Shown here: piece by piece, positions 53,538 through 64,000 of the stretch
How positions within the stretch are numbered: the first letter of the stretch is position 1
How the letters are laid out: every line of letters begins with the position of its first letter
Assembly (NCBI GenBank): GCA_964016885.1
Contig: OZ024766.1
Location: 13,702,001-13,766,000, forward strand
Origin: Eledone cirrhosa
Taxonomy: Eukaryota
DNA length: 64,000 bases
Direction: 5' to 3'
Program-made: the position numbers and the translations under genes
Notes under the pieces: model-generated
The model's input: the letters and a program-made list of their open reading frames with translations, nothing else
What the model was told of the DNA's origin: nothing
Database searches by the model: none

Positions 53538-54067
53538 GCTACAAGGGTAAAGGTGATACACTAGACAGGAGAAACCACAGGGGGATACAAATAATGGACC
53601 AAGTTACAGAAAGGGTTTTCACAAAAGGAAGTGCACCACAGATGCCCTGGTTTTAGTAAGACAACTACAAGAGACGTTCTTAGCTAAGAATAAGCCTCTA
53701 TATCTAGCTTTTGATGATCTAGAAAAGGCCTTTGACAGAGTACTCTGATTGGTCATCTGGTGGTATTTAACCCTTTAGCATTCAAACCGGCCATATCAGG
53801 CCAGAAATGTCTCACCTCTTTCTGTTCAAATCAGCTGTAACTGGCCACTCATACTGATGTTAAGGTATTATTCTCAAGATAAATAACATCAAAATCTCAT
53901 AGATTCGATATTATGTGAGATAATTATGTAAGATAAAGTGTTTACTACCAAGATAAAATAGTATATATAGAGTAATGTGAATGCTAAAGGGTTAAGGAAA
54001 CTAAGTGTAGAAGTGTGGGAGCTTTTAAGAGTAGTGCAAGCAATGTACAGAGGAGCTGTCAGTAAAG
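53538..54067 (+). mobile_element. RTE RT fragment split by a piggyBac MITE
   Basis: YKGKGDTLDRRNHRG...LVRQLQETFLAKNKPLYLAF.DLEKAFDR; resumes after the TTAA. Confidence 0.8.
53771..53991. mobile_element. piggyBac-type MITE
   Basis: TTAA|CCCTTTAGCATTC ... GAATGCTAAAGGG|TTAA. Confidence 0.85.
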
Positions 54068-55504
54068 CTCAAACATGACTAATATTAGCACTGTGTATGC
54101 AACTAGTGGAAATCTTATTGGTCATGCTTTTAATATTTTGGTTGGTTTCTTTTGGCTGGATGCCTTTCCTATTACCAAACTCTTTACAGTGTGGTCAGGG
54201 TGCATTATTCATGCAATAATCACTAGAGACATCCTCTTCACCCTGTATGAGTGTTTATTTGGATTGTCTACTCTCCTAGATGGGTTGCCATCACTACGGC
54301 TTACAGGGACCACATCTGCCCAGACAGTCATTAAACGGGTCACAGATCAGTGAATTTACATTCATGGTGTAGGAGGATACGTGAGTGTGTGTGAGTAAGC
54401 AAATGGCATAAATGTAAGGTTATATCTGCCAAACAGAAAGGTAGAGGACAGGAGTAGGTGGAAGGGATGTGGTGACAGCTTCTGAGACAGGTAGATAGCT
54501 ATTGTGATAAATAGCAGACAGGTTAGCAATAAATAGATGAAATGTTAAAAAAACTGAGAAATATCGATGGTCTTATCTTTAAGATTTAAATCCTCCATTA
54601 CCGCAGGAAGATTGGATATTTCTATGATTGGGAGAAGGAAAAAGAAACAGAGCACACTGCAGGCTGTGTACTGGTTTAATGGGGATGGAGAGACAACATA
54701 AAGCAGGGTTCGAAAGTTGGATGTCACTTTTTAAAAAAAGCATCATAATGACACAGGTCTATACATAATTGAAAACATATACACAGATATATACATATAT
54801 GTCATACACTATATATATATATACACATGTATGTATATAAAATGAATAAAAGAACCAGGGATTAATTACAATGTTTAATAGATCTGTGAATGTTTCTTTC
54901 AAATACAGAAGGACTTAGGGCCACACAACTAGCAACACCAGCCCCAGTAGCAGCTAAACCCCCACCAATAACAACCAAGACAGAACCAACCCAAGGGGAA
55001 CATGAGGATATCTCCCCCACTCCATCCAAAAACAAATACATATTTAAACCCCCACAGAAATACACAAATACAAACATTTTAGAGTTACACAGGGACCTCG
55101 TCTTCTTGCAGTGAAGACAAGGGACAACCCAAAAGAGCACAAAACACAAATGTGCAAACAAAAGAAAAAAAACTCAAAGATCACATACTAGGGGCTCCCC
55201 ATTTTCCAAACCTAACCCTGTCATTACCATTACCAATGGGCTTTACCTGTTTTTGTGGAGAGGTTTTGCTAACTCTTGTCACTGGCCTGAATTGTTGAAG
55301 TAGCCAACAGTTCACCTCCTGTGTCACACACACTTGGCTTACAAACTTGCCCTGTGGCCTCCCAGATGATATCATATAGGTTGGGGTACTAGGCTGCAAT
55401 GAGCTGCTGGCATGAGTGGTATATCTACCAATACCAACTCACCACCTGCTGGTCAGGCTCTTAGGTAAGTATATTGGGATTTAAGGTGGCCATTTCTTAC
55501 ATTT

Positions 55505-56290
55505 TGTTTCCAAGTTGTGCCTCCATGTCTGAAATTTATTCTCTAATTCTGTCATAGATTTGGCTAAGAGGGTCAGGTCATTGGCGTATAGAAGTTCCCA
55601 AGGGCAACCAGTCTTAAATTCCTCTGTTATAGCCTGTAGGACAATAATGAAGAGGATGGGGTAAAGGACGGAACCTTGGTGAACCCCTACCTGTCAGCTG
55701 CATTCCTCCCTGTATTCATTGTTGATATTAACTTTGCTGGTGGCCACTTTGTAAATGGCCTGTACTGCTCTCACAAGCCACTCATCCATGCCTTGTTTTT
55801 TGAGGGCCCACCATATTATGGGTTGAGGAACTCTGTCAGAAGCTTTCTCCAGGTCAACGAAAGCTAGGTTGAGTGACTTGCTTTTTGCCAACTACTTCTC
55901 CTGCATTTGCTTCGCAAGGAAGAGGGCATCGGTGCTGCTTCTTCCCGGCATAAATCCAAACAGCATTTCATCTAGTTATATACGATCTCTAATCAGTTGT
56001 GTGATGACCCTTTCTGTAACTTTCATGACCTGGTCAGTCAGCTTTATGCCCCTTAGTTACTTCTCTCTAGGGCATGTCTTTTACCCTTGTAACAGTTGAT
56101 GATGATGATGCTATTTCAATCACTGGGAATTATACCATTCTCTATTATTTGTTTTCAATGAGGGTGGTTAGGTTGGGCCTTACTGCCCAAGATGCTTTCA
56201 ACATCTCAGCTACGACTCCCGATGCTTTATGCGTCTTCAGCTTCTTAATTGTCTTACTTACAAGGTTGCTGTTTATGTGTATAGTTGGTC
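55505..56290 (-). mobile_element. Degenerate RTE RT fragment
   Basis: VVAEMLKAS, LAFVDLEKASDRVPQPIIWWALKK, GCPWELLYANDL on the minus strand. Confidence 0.85.
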
Positions 56291-56387
56291 CTTCTGTTGG
56301 CTGTGCTTGGGGCATCATCATCATCGTTTAACGTCCATTTTCATGGCTAGCATGAGTAAATAAAATATCTATATATATTTATATATA

Positions 56388-56497
56388 ATTGTTTCTACTT
56401 TTGGCACAAGGCCAGCAATTAACCCAGTGTATTACTGGTACTTTATTTTATCGACCCTGTAAGGCAAAGTTAACCTCGGAGGGATTTGAACTCAGAC
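56388..56497 (-). mobile_element. SINE family 1 fragment
   Basis: Reverse complement of GAGTTCAAATCCCTCCGAGGTTAACTTTGCC...GTAGAAACAATT. Confidence 0.78.
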
Positions 56498-57064
56498 TGC
56501 ATATATTTATATATAATGAACTTGTGTAGATGTATGTCTGTGAGAGTGTAGATGTGTATGTGTGTGCACTTGTATTTATATGTGTGTGAGTGTTTTTCTG
56601 TCCATGTTTGTCTGCGTTTTTATTGATATGACTCAGTGAAAGGAAATTTCTATACATTTCAATGAATACAAGCTAAACATTTTGTCTAGTATATACAAAT
56701 ATGTAGGCATGTGTATGTATATACATATATATATTTATTATATATATATATATACATACATATGTGTATGTATATATATATATAGACGTATCAACACAGA
56801 CAAAAGATAGAAATGTATGTAGGTGTGTATAATACAGGAGAAAAAAACAAGTTTCTTTGTAATATACGTATGACCTCATATCTTTTCAAATTACTGTAAC
56901 TTATGCAAAATTACAAACTTAATATGGATTTCAACGAAATTTGTGCAATGAAAGAATTAATAAAATTCAGTTTATCAGAGCGTGATGAAATTATATTTGG
57001 AAAATGTAAACAAGATCAGGAAAATGTCTCAAATATAATATATATGCGTGTATATATATATATA

Positions 57065-58104
57065 TCATCATCATCACCGTTTTACGTCCGTTCTTCCACG
57101 CTAGCATGGGTTAGACGGGTTGTCCTGTTGTGGGCAGTGTCTGGTCGGCTGACCATGCCTTGCTCATACAGGAACTGGTCTGGCTTGATTTCTACAGCTG
57201 GATGCCCTTCCTAACACCAATCTCATTTACAGTGAGTGCTGGGTGCTTTTTCGTGGCGCCTACACGTCCACTTTACAGTGTGGGCTGGGTGCTTTTTTGC
57301 CGTGGCACGTCCACGACCACCTTGCGGTGCGGGTGTGGGGGCATATTGTCTATATGCTTCAGCTTGTACCCATGGGAGGTCGGGTACTCTGTATTACTGC
57401 GTGACGCCAGAAGTCACGGTCGTGTGTCATTTCCTTTGAGAGGTGTAATTGGGTAAGGTCGGCTTTTATCACCTCATCCCAGGTCATCTTGGGTCTCCCC
57501 ACTCCGAGGTTTCCATCAACTTCTAGTGCTCTGCACCTTTTTATGCAGCTGTCATCCTTCATACGCATCACATATCCATACCAGCGCAACCGCCTCTCTT
57601 GCACACAGCATTTGATTCCTCTTTTGCTCAGTCTCTCTCTCAGTTCATTTATGCTTTGTCGTTCACGTATATTACTGTTACACATCCATCGGAGCATGCA
57701 GGCTTCGTTTCTCTCTAATCTACGTAAGTCTTCCACCTTCAGCGCCCAGGTCTCACTACCATGCAACATTGCTGTTCGGATACACGCATCATACAGTCTG
57801 CCTTTCATTCTGAGGGAGAAGCCTTTTGCAGCTAACAATGGCAGTAGCTCCCTGAACTTCTTCCATCCCGTTCTTACCCTAGTTATTGCACTTTCTGAAC
57901 ACCCACCTCCGCTGCTAATTTGGTCACCTAGGTAGCAGAAGCTGTCTACTGTTTCTACAGGGCCCTCCCAGAGATTGGTGGTACTTGTTTCCTGTGGCTG
58001 TTTGCTGCTTGCTGTCCCAGCACAGCTGCTGCATGTGAAGCCTACATTCTTAATTAAGCTTCCTGAGATCCCGCTACATCTCTTGTGTACCCATTGTTTG
58101 CATT

Positions 58105-58107
<3 letters not shown>
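57065..58107 (-). mobile_element. 5'-truncated RTE copy (third subfamily) with 3' UTR and (GAT)n
   Basis: [11 protein letters not shown]...FTCSSC...FCYLGDQIS...RRLRWYG; tail at 57065-57076. Confidence 0.9.
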
Positions 58108-58164
<57 letters not shown>

Positions 58165-58218
58165 ATCCTTTAACGTCCATCCTCCATGCTAGCATGGGTG
58201 TATATACGTATATATATG

Positions 58219-58249
<31 letters not shown>

Positions 58250-58344
58250 GGATATATATATGTATATACGTGTATATATATAAATACGTGTATATATATA
58301 TATATATATATACGTGTGTGTGTATATATATATATATATATAGT

Positions 58345-58570
58345 GAAGGCGTGTGGCTGAGTGGTTAGAGAATTGGGAGAATTGGATTCGCAATCGTAAG
58401 GTTGTGAGTTCGATTCCTGGACCAGGCGATGCGTTATGTCCTTGAGCAAGACACTTTATTTCATGTTGCTTCTACCTGGAATTGTGACCGATAGATAGTA
58501 TAAGCAATTGGAAAGACCAACGGAAACATTGTTTCCTCGGTCCGATTTGACGAAAGTCGATCGTTAAAAG
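58345..58570 (+). mobile_element. tRNA-derived SINE, family 2 head with a different 3' part
   Basis: TGGCTGAGTGGTTAG A-box, GAGTTCGATTCC B-box, GTCCTTGAGCAAGACACTTTATTTC. Confidence 0.75.
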
Positions 58571-58603
<33 letters not shown>

Positions 58604-58605
58604 TA

Positions 58606-58664
<59 letters not shown>

Positions 58665-58752
58665 ATATATATATGCATCTATATAAAAATGTATATATAT
58701 ATATATGTATGTATATATATGCATGTCTATATATATATATGTATCATCATAA

Positions 58753-59633
58753 TCTATAAAGCTCAGTGTGTGGTCATGCTCCTTCGTTATAGAAATCTAC
58801 GATATAGAATATCTTCAATTGAAATTTACAACTCAACACTCGAAAAAGCTTCGATTGCGTCTCGACGCAGATAATTTTTTCAATTTCATCCACAATTACG
58901 CAAAAAATAGATAAAACTGAATATTTTACGATTTTTCTCTCTCATTTAAACTGCTGAACTCTTTCTACTACCATTCAAAATCTATACAATTTCATACTTT
59001 CTGCTACTTTCTCTTTCCAAGCTTGATGGTGATACTGTCCGTTCACACCACTCCCAACTGTCTTAAATTTAGAAAACACATATCCTCTATGAGGTTACTA
59101 AACCTGCTAGAAACAGCAGCTAACTCTCCCACATATCACCCCCCCCCCCTACTGTCATAAATTTAGAAAACATATCTTCTATGATGTCACTAAACCTGCT
59201 AGAAACAGCAGCTAACTCTCCCCCATATCACACCACTCCCTACTGTCTTAAATTTAGAGAACACATATCCTCTATGAGGTCACTAAACCTGATAGAAACA
59301 ACAGCTAACTCTCCCTCATATCACAACCCTCCCTTCTGTCTTAAATTTAGAAAACACACAGACAACCATGCAGAACAACTCCATCGCAGCTCTGTTGTTC
59401 GGCTGGCATCGTCTACGCGCGTGTTGCGCAAGTACTGTGAAACAATAAATTTCAACACAGAGATAATATCCATAGGCGAAACTACAATTGTCACTGCTGG
59501 CCCAGCTCATGCTTCCAGGTCTGCAATCCATTCACCCAGTGCCTGGCAGACAAAAAAGTGCTGCCATAAATGGGTGGTGCAACCTAACTTTGGTAACTTA
59601 ATGACCCCAAGCAACGCCGGGCTTTAATGCTAG
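58753..59633 (+). mobile_element. Non-autonomous Helitron containing a ~93-bp tandem repeat
   Basis: A|TCTATAAA 5' end; CCCAAGCAACGCCGGG hairpin followed by TGCTAG|T; repeats at 59040-59360. Confidence 0.72.
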
Positions 59634-59851
59634 TAATTGATAAGACGTTGTGACAACTCTGCTATGTCTACGCTGTATATATATATGTTTATAGCAGTAC
59701 ACGTCCATATTTCTGTTACACATTAATAATAATTACGTACATCTATATGACAAGTAGGGAGTGCTGAGAGATTATGTGTGTGTTTGTGTGAGTGTTTGTA
59801 TGTGTTAATATATGTGTGACGGTGTGTATATATGTGTATGTGAGTTTGTGC

Positions 59852-59896
<45 letters not shown>

Positions 59897-60067
59897 GAAT
59901 AATGATTCCCAGAATTCAACACTGTTATTAATATACTTGATGACTAATTAGACTGGTTAGACAGGATGTGAATGTATGTGTGTGTGTGTGTAGAATAATG
60001 TGTGTGTGTGTGTGATAATGTATGTGTGAAAATGTGTGTGAATGTATATATATATATATTAAGGTGT

Positions 60068-60103
<36 letters not shown>

Positions 60104-60185
60104 GTTATTCCGGGTTGAATCGGAGGTAACCACAGTAAGTAAAGTACTCAATACATAGCAGAGTATAAAAGTTTTAATATAGATG

Positions 60186-60235
60186 AGATTCTACAGGACT
60201 AGAACTGTTTCATTCATTAGAAATCATCAGGAATC
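60186..60235 (-). ncRNA. Type I hammerhead ribozyme motif (mirror copy)
   Basis: Exact reverse complement of the plus-strand motif at 60237-60286. Confidence 0.7.
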
Positions 60236-60286
60236 AGATTCCTGATGATTTCTAATGAATGAAACAGTTCTAGTCCTGTAGAATCT
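60236..60286 (+). ncRNA. Type I hammerhead ribozyme motif
   Basis: AGAUUC CUGAUGA UUUC-UAAU-GAAU GAA ACAG-UUCUAGUC-CUGU A^GAAUCU; predicted cleavage after 60280. Confidence 0.72.
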
Positions 60287-60290
60287 CATC

Positions 60291-60332
<42 letters not shown>

Positions 60333-60426
60333 GAATAATGATTCCCAGAATGCAACACAGTTATTGAAATATTTGATGAAGGGCGTGGTTAGACAGGATG
60401 TGAATGTATGTGTGTGTGTAGGATAA

Positions 60427-60458
<32 letters not shown>

Positions 60459-60514
60459 GGATAACGTATGTGTGAAAATGTGAGTGAATGTATATATATA
60501 TATATTAAGTTGTG

Positions 60515-60558
<44 letters not shown>

Positions 60559-60572
60559 CATTTATACATACC

Positions 60573-60636
<64 letters not shown>

Positions 60637-61052
60637 CTTACATACATATCTAGAAGTCAACAGAACACACCCCAGCAAAATTCTCGGAAAAGATTCCACT
60701 TTCACAGAATAAGTTTATATTTAAATATATATACATATGAATGTGTGTGTGCGTGTGTGTGTAGGATAATGTATGTGTGTGTGTGTGGGATAATGTATGT
60801 GTGAAAATGTGTGTGAATGTATATATATATATTAAGGTGTGTTTATATATATATATATATACACACACACACAGAATGATTCCCAGAATACGACACTGTT
60901 ATTGAAATATTTGAGGAAGGGAGTGGTTAGACAGGATGTGAATGTATGTGTGTGTGTAGGATAATGTATGTGTGTGTGTGTGTGGGATAATGTATGTGTG
61001 AAATTGTGTGTGAATGTATATATATATTAAGGTGTGTTTTTATATATATATA

Positions 61053-61503
61053 TGGTGGCTGCCAACTCGTTTTCGAGTACGGCCACTACTTTATATCCAT
61101 GTAGGAGAACCCCTACCGATGCGCTGAACGAGTGTGACTTTTTAGTCCAGCCAGCGACTTGAAAACTCTGGTACAAACACTACACTTGTGACAATTACTG
61201 ACACATAGTGCTGGGCCCATGGTACCATGTGACGACAAGTGCAGAGAGATCTCCAGATATAAAGCAATGCCTGTGCCGTGAAGCTTTTATAGTGAGCAAA
61301 GGCACTGCACAAAGCCAGTCCCACTCTCTTAACCAAGATGATATTTACCAAAAAGAAGAACAAGTCAACATCATTGGATACCATCAGGGTTGCAGGTGTT
61401 ATATCAGAGTTTTCCTTCTCCTAGAATTCTGCCTTGACAAAGGCTAAGGGGTCATCTCTCCCGGTGATTTTGGATGGCCATTGACTCTTAAGAGCTCCTT
61501 TGC
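61053..61503 (-). mobile_element. Short RTE-1-derived element (5'-UTR-like motif joined to C-terminal C2H2 finger and 3' end)
   Basis: CTAGGAGAAGGAAAACTCTGA motif near the 5' end; CSVCTRVFKSLAGLKSHTRSAHR* near the 3' end; (TA)n on both sides. Confidence 0.55.
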
Positions 61504-61504
61504 C

Positions 61505-61542
<38 letters not shown>

Positions 61543-61561
61543 TTTATACATACCCAGGTGG

Positions 61562-61658
<97 letters not shown>

Positions 61659-61954
61659 GTCAGGTCACTATATATATATATACTTACATACATATCTAGA
61701 ACAGTCAACAGAACACACCCCAGCAAAATTCTCGGAAAAGATTCCACTTTCCCAGAATAAGTTTATATTTAAATATATATACATATGAATGTGTGTGTGT
61801 GTGTGTAGGATAATGTATGTGTGTGTGTGTGGGATAATGTATGTGTGAAAATGTGTGTGAATGTATATATGTATATATTAAGTTGTGTTTTTATATATAT
61901 ATATATATACACACACATACATTTATACATACCCAGGTGGCTCTATATATATAT

Positions 61955-62152
61955 ATCATCATCATCATCATCATCAGGTTTAGCGTCCGTGTTCCACGCT
62001 TGCATGGGTTTGGACGGGGGTTTTCCCACTTGAGGCAAGAGTGGTTGTCTTGCTCGCATAGGACTGTCTGGCGGGTTTTCTACAGTTGGATGCCCTTCCT
62101 AACACCAACCACATTTACAGTGTGGGGCTGGGAGGTTTTTACCGTGTTGCCT
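61955..62152 (-). mobile_element. RTE family A 3' tail
   Basis: Reverse complement of ~2535-2725. Confidence 0.88.
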
Positions 62153-62989
62153 GAACTCTGCATCATTCCTCTGGGAACAACCCCTTGTTCCACCCCCCAC
62201 CCCACCTCCCCGACACTTTTTTTTTTTTTTTTGTACATCCATCCATTCACTCATTCTTTTACTGCCATTCTACCTTCCTCCATGCAGCCCCTTTTCGCTC
62301 TCGTTTTCTGGCACCTCCACAACTTTACAGAGAAACGGTGGTATGGGTGGAAGGATGGTGTAGGGGTAGTGGATTTGGGTGTATATTTGGTTAAGAGGGG
62401 GCCTACTGATAGTAGGCTAACTTTGTACATAGGCAAGGCGTGTCTTCTGTATTACTATGTGGCCCCAAAGATCTCCGTCCAGTGACATTGTCTTAGAGAG
62501 GTGTAAGTGTGTAAGGTCGGAATTTATCAAATCATCCCAGGTTTTTCTGTCTGACTACTCTGTAACTTCCATCAATTTTGATCACCTCTCTTAGTCTGTC
62601 TTTTTAGATAGATACATTATGAGAACATTGACTTCGCTACCTGTGTGTGTATATATATATGTATAAATATATATAGTGTGTATGTATATATATATATATA
62701 TATATATATAGTGTGTATGTATATATATATATAGTGTGTATGTGTGTATATATATATTTATATATATATAGTGTTAGTATCATAAATAAGAGAGTTTAAT
62801 TTCTACATTTTATTACAGCATTCCTTTATACAGACATATATACGTATATATACATACATAAACATGTTATTTACAGTTGTATAAAAAAGAATTATAATTG
62901 TTTCTACTTTTGGCACAAGGCCAGCAATTATGCCAGTATATTACTGGTACTTTATTATATATATTATGACATTCCTCTCTTTAGATAGA

Positions 62990-63326
62990 TACATAGCTAT
63001 AGCGCCGCACCCCGGGTATGACAGAACTCATGGCTTAGCAATTACATAGACAACGGTTCGGAAATCACATGCATCACTGACCAGTTTACTCCTTAATCTA
63101 CCAGTTAGTCTTAGTGTACTTTGTCCTGCATTTAGGTGATGACCTTGAAGGAAGAGATTCTCCATTGACCGAAATACTACGAAAGCGGCAAGAAAAAGAA
63201 CATGGCGGGCAAACGAATCGTCAGTGGAATCTGCAAGGCCGAGGTATTCTGTACTGTTTCAGAAAGGAGGGATAAAGCTGCCAATCTATGTTTAGAATCC
63301 CGAGTAACGCCGGTCCATTCTGCTAG
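62990..63326 (+). mobile_element. Helitron-like 3' end
   Basis: CCCGAGTAACGCCGG hairpin followed by TTCTGCTAG|T; 5' boundary uncertain. Confidence 0.45.
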
Positions 63327-63353
63327 TATATATATATAAATATATATTTATAT

Positions 63354-63391
63354 ATCATCATCATTTAACGTCCATCTTCCACACTAGCATG

Positions 63392-63449
<58 letters not shown>

Positions 63450-63767
63450 TCATTTAACATCCATCTTCCACACTAGCATGGAATATATATATGTATATAT
63501 ATATATATCATCATTTAACGTCCATCTGCCACGCTAGCATGGAATATATATATATATATATATAAATATATATTTATATATCATCATCATTTAACGTCCA
63601 TCTGCCACGCTAGCATGGAATATATATATATATATATATAAATATATATTTATATATCATCATCATTCAACATCCATCTTCCCCGCTAGCATGGAATATA
63701 TAAATATATATATAAATATATATTTATATATCATCATCATTTAACGTCCATCTTCCACGCTAGCATG

Positions 63768-63803
<36 letters not shown>

Positions 63804-63834
63804 TCATTTAACATCCATCTTCCACGCTAGCATG

Positions 63835-63876
<42 letters not shown>

Positions 63877-63910
63877 TCATTTAACGTCCATCTTCCATGC
63901 TAGCATGGAA
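63354..63910 (-). repeat. Tandem array of 8 copies of the terminal ~36 nt of the RTE 3' tail separated by (TA)n
   Basis: ATCATCATTTAACGTCCATCTTCCACGCTAGCATGGAA(TA)n repeated. Confidence 0.92.
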
Positions 63911-63944
63911 TATATATATATATATATAATAAAACTGATCTGTA

Positions 63945-64000
63945 TTTTGTCTGATGAAAGCACACCATAATTTAACGTGGTGTCCTTGAAATATGTATAA
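63945..64000 (+). ncRNA. Hammerhead-like motif, runs to the window edge
   Basis: CUGAUGA, helix II AAGCACACCA/UGGUGUCCUU (9 of 10 pairs), then GAAAUAUGUA; helix I uncertain. Confidence 0.5.

Larger units (their letters stand above)
60103..60295. mobile_element. Family H1 hairpin element inserted in (TA)n; perfect 119-bp palindrome
   Basis: Arms 60177-60235 and 60237-60295 around a single A at 60236. Confidence 0.85.
59880..61945. repeat. Degenerate tandem duplication of microsatellite-rich units, later hit by insertions
   Basis: CACAGAAT..GATTCCCAGAAT...GGTTAGACAGGATGTG occurs three times; CAGAACACACCCCAGCAAAATTCTCGGAAAAGATTCC occurs twice. Confidence 0.8.

Noticed and set aside
58345-58425. 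tRNA gene candidates (also 33974, 16320, 11525)
   Set aside because: A/B boxes run into shared SINE bodies and no complete cloverleaf forms; these are SINE heads.

Overview
Eukaryotic (animal) genomic DNA: AT-rich and dominated by repeats. The SINE/RTE repertoire and (TA)n/(TG)n load suggest an octopod cephalopod, but this is inference. One host gene can be assembled by hand on the minus strand. It has six coding exons (35167-35082, 33927-33780, 29196-28844, 22722-22490, 21006-20935, 18608-18403), all GT-AG and phase-consistent, and encodes a 365-aa protein: five ankyrin repeats, a Cys/Thr-rich repetitive linker and a C-terminal death domain. The rest is transposon debris. It includes many RTE-clade LINE copies (with a C4HC3 PHD-like finger inserted behind the RT), L1/Tx1-like and CR1 3' fragments, a truncated RepHel Helitron plus non-autonomous Helitrons, hAT/piggyBac/Tc1-type MITEs, two tRNA-derived SINE families, and large mini/microsatellites. 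The most striking unexplained signal is a set of short non-coding, hairpin-forming elements, mostly inserted in or next to (TA)n tracts, that carry type I hammerhead ribozyme motifs. Among them are a perfect 119-bp palindrome encoding a hammerhead on both strands (60177-60295), a second copy with a compensatory helix I change (38335-38383), further motifs at 52967-53011 and 63945-64000, and a three-locus sister family with a non-canonical A3-U8 core. No Penelope RT or GIY-YIG ORF was found in the window. Most long ORFs in the supplied track are microsatellite artefacts.
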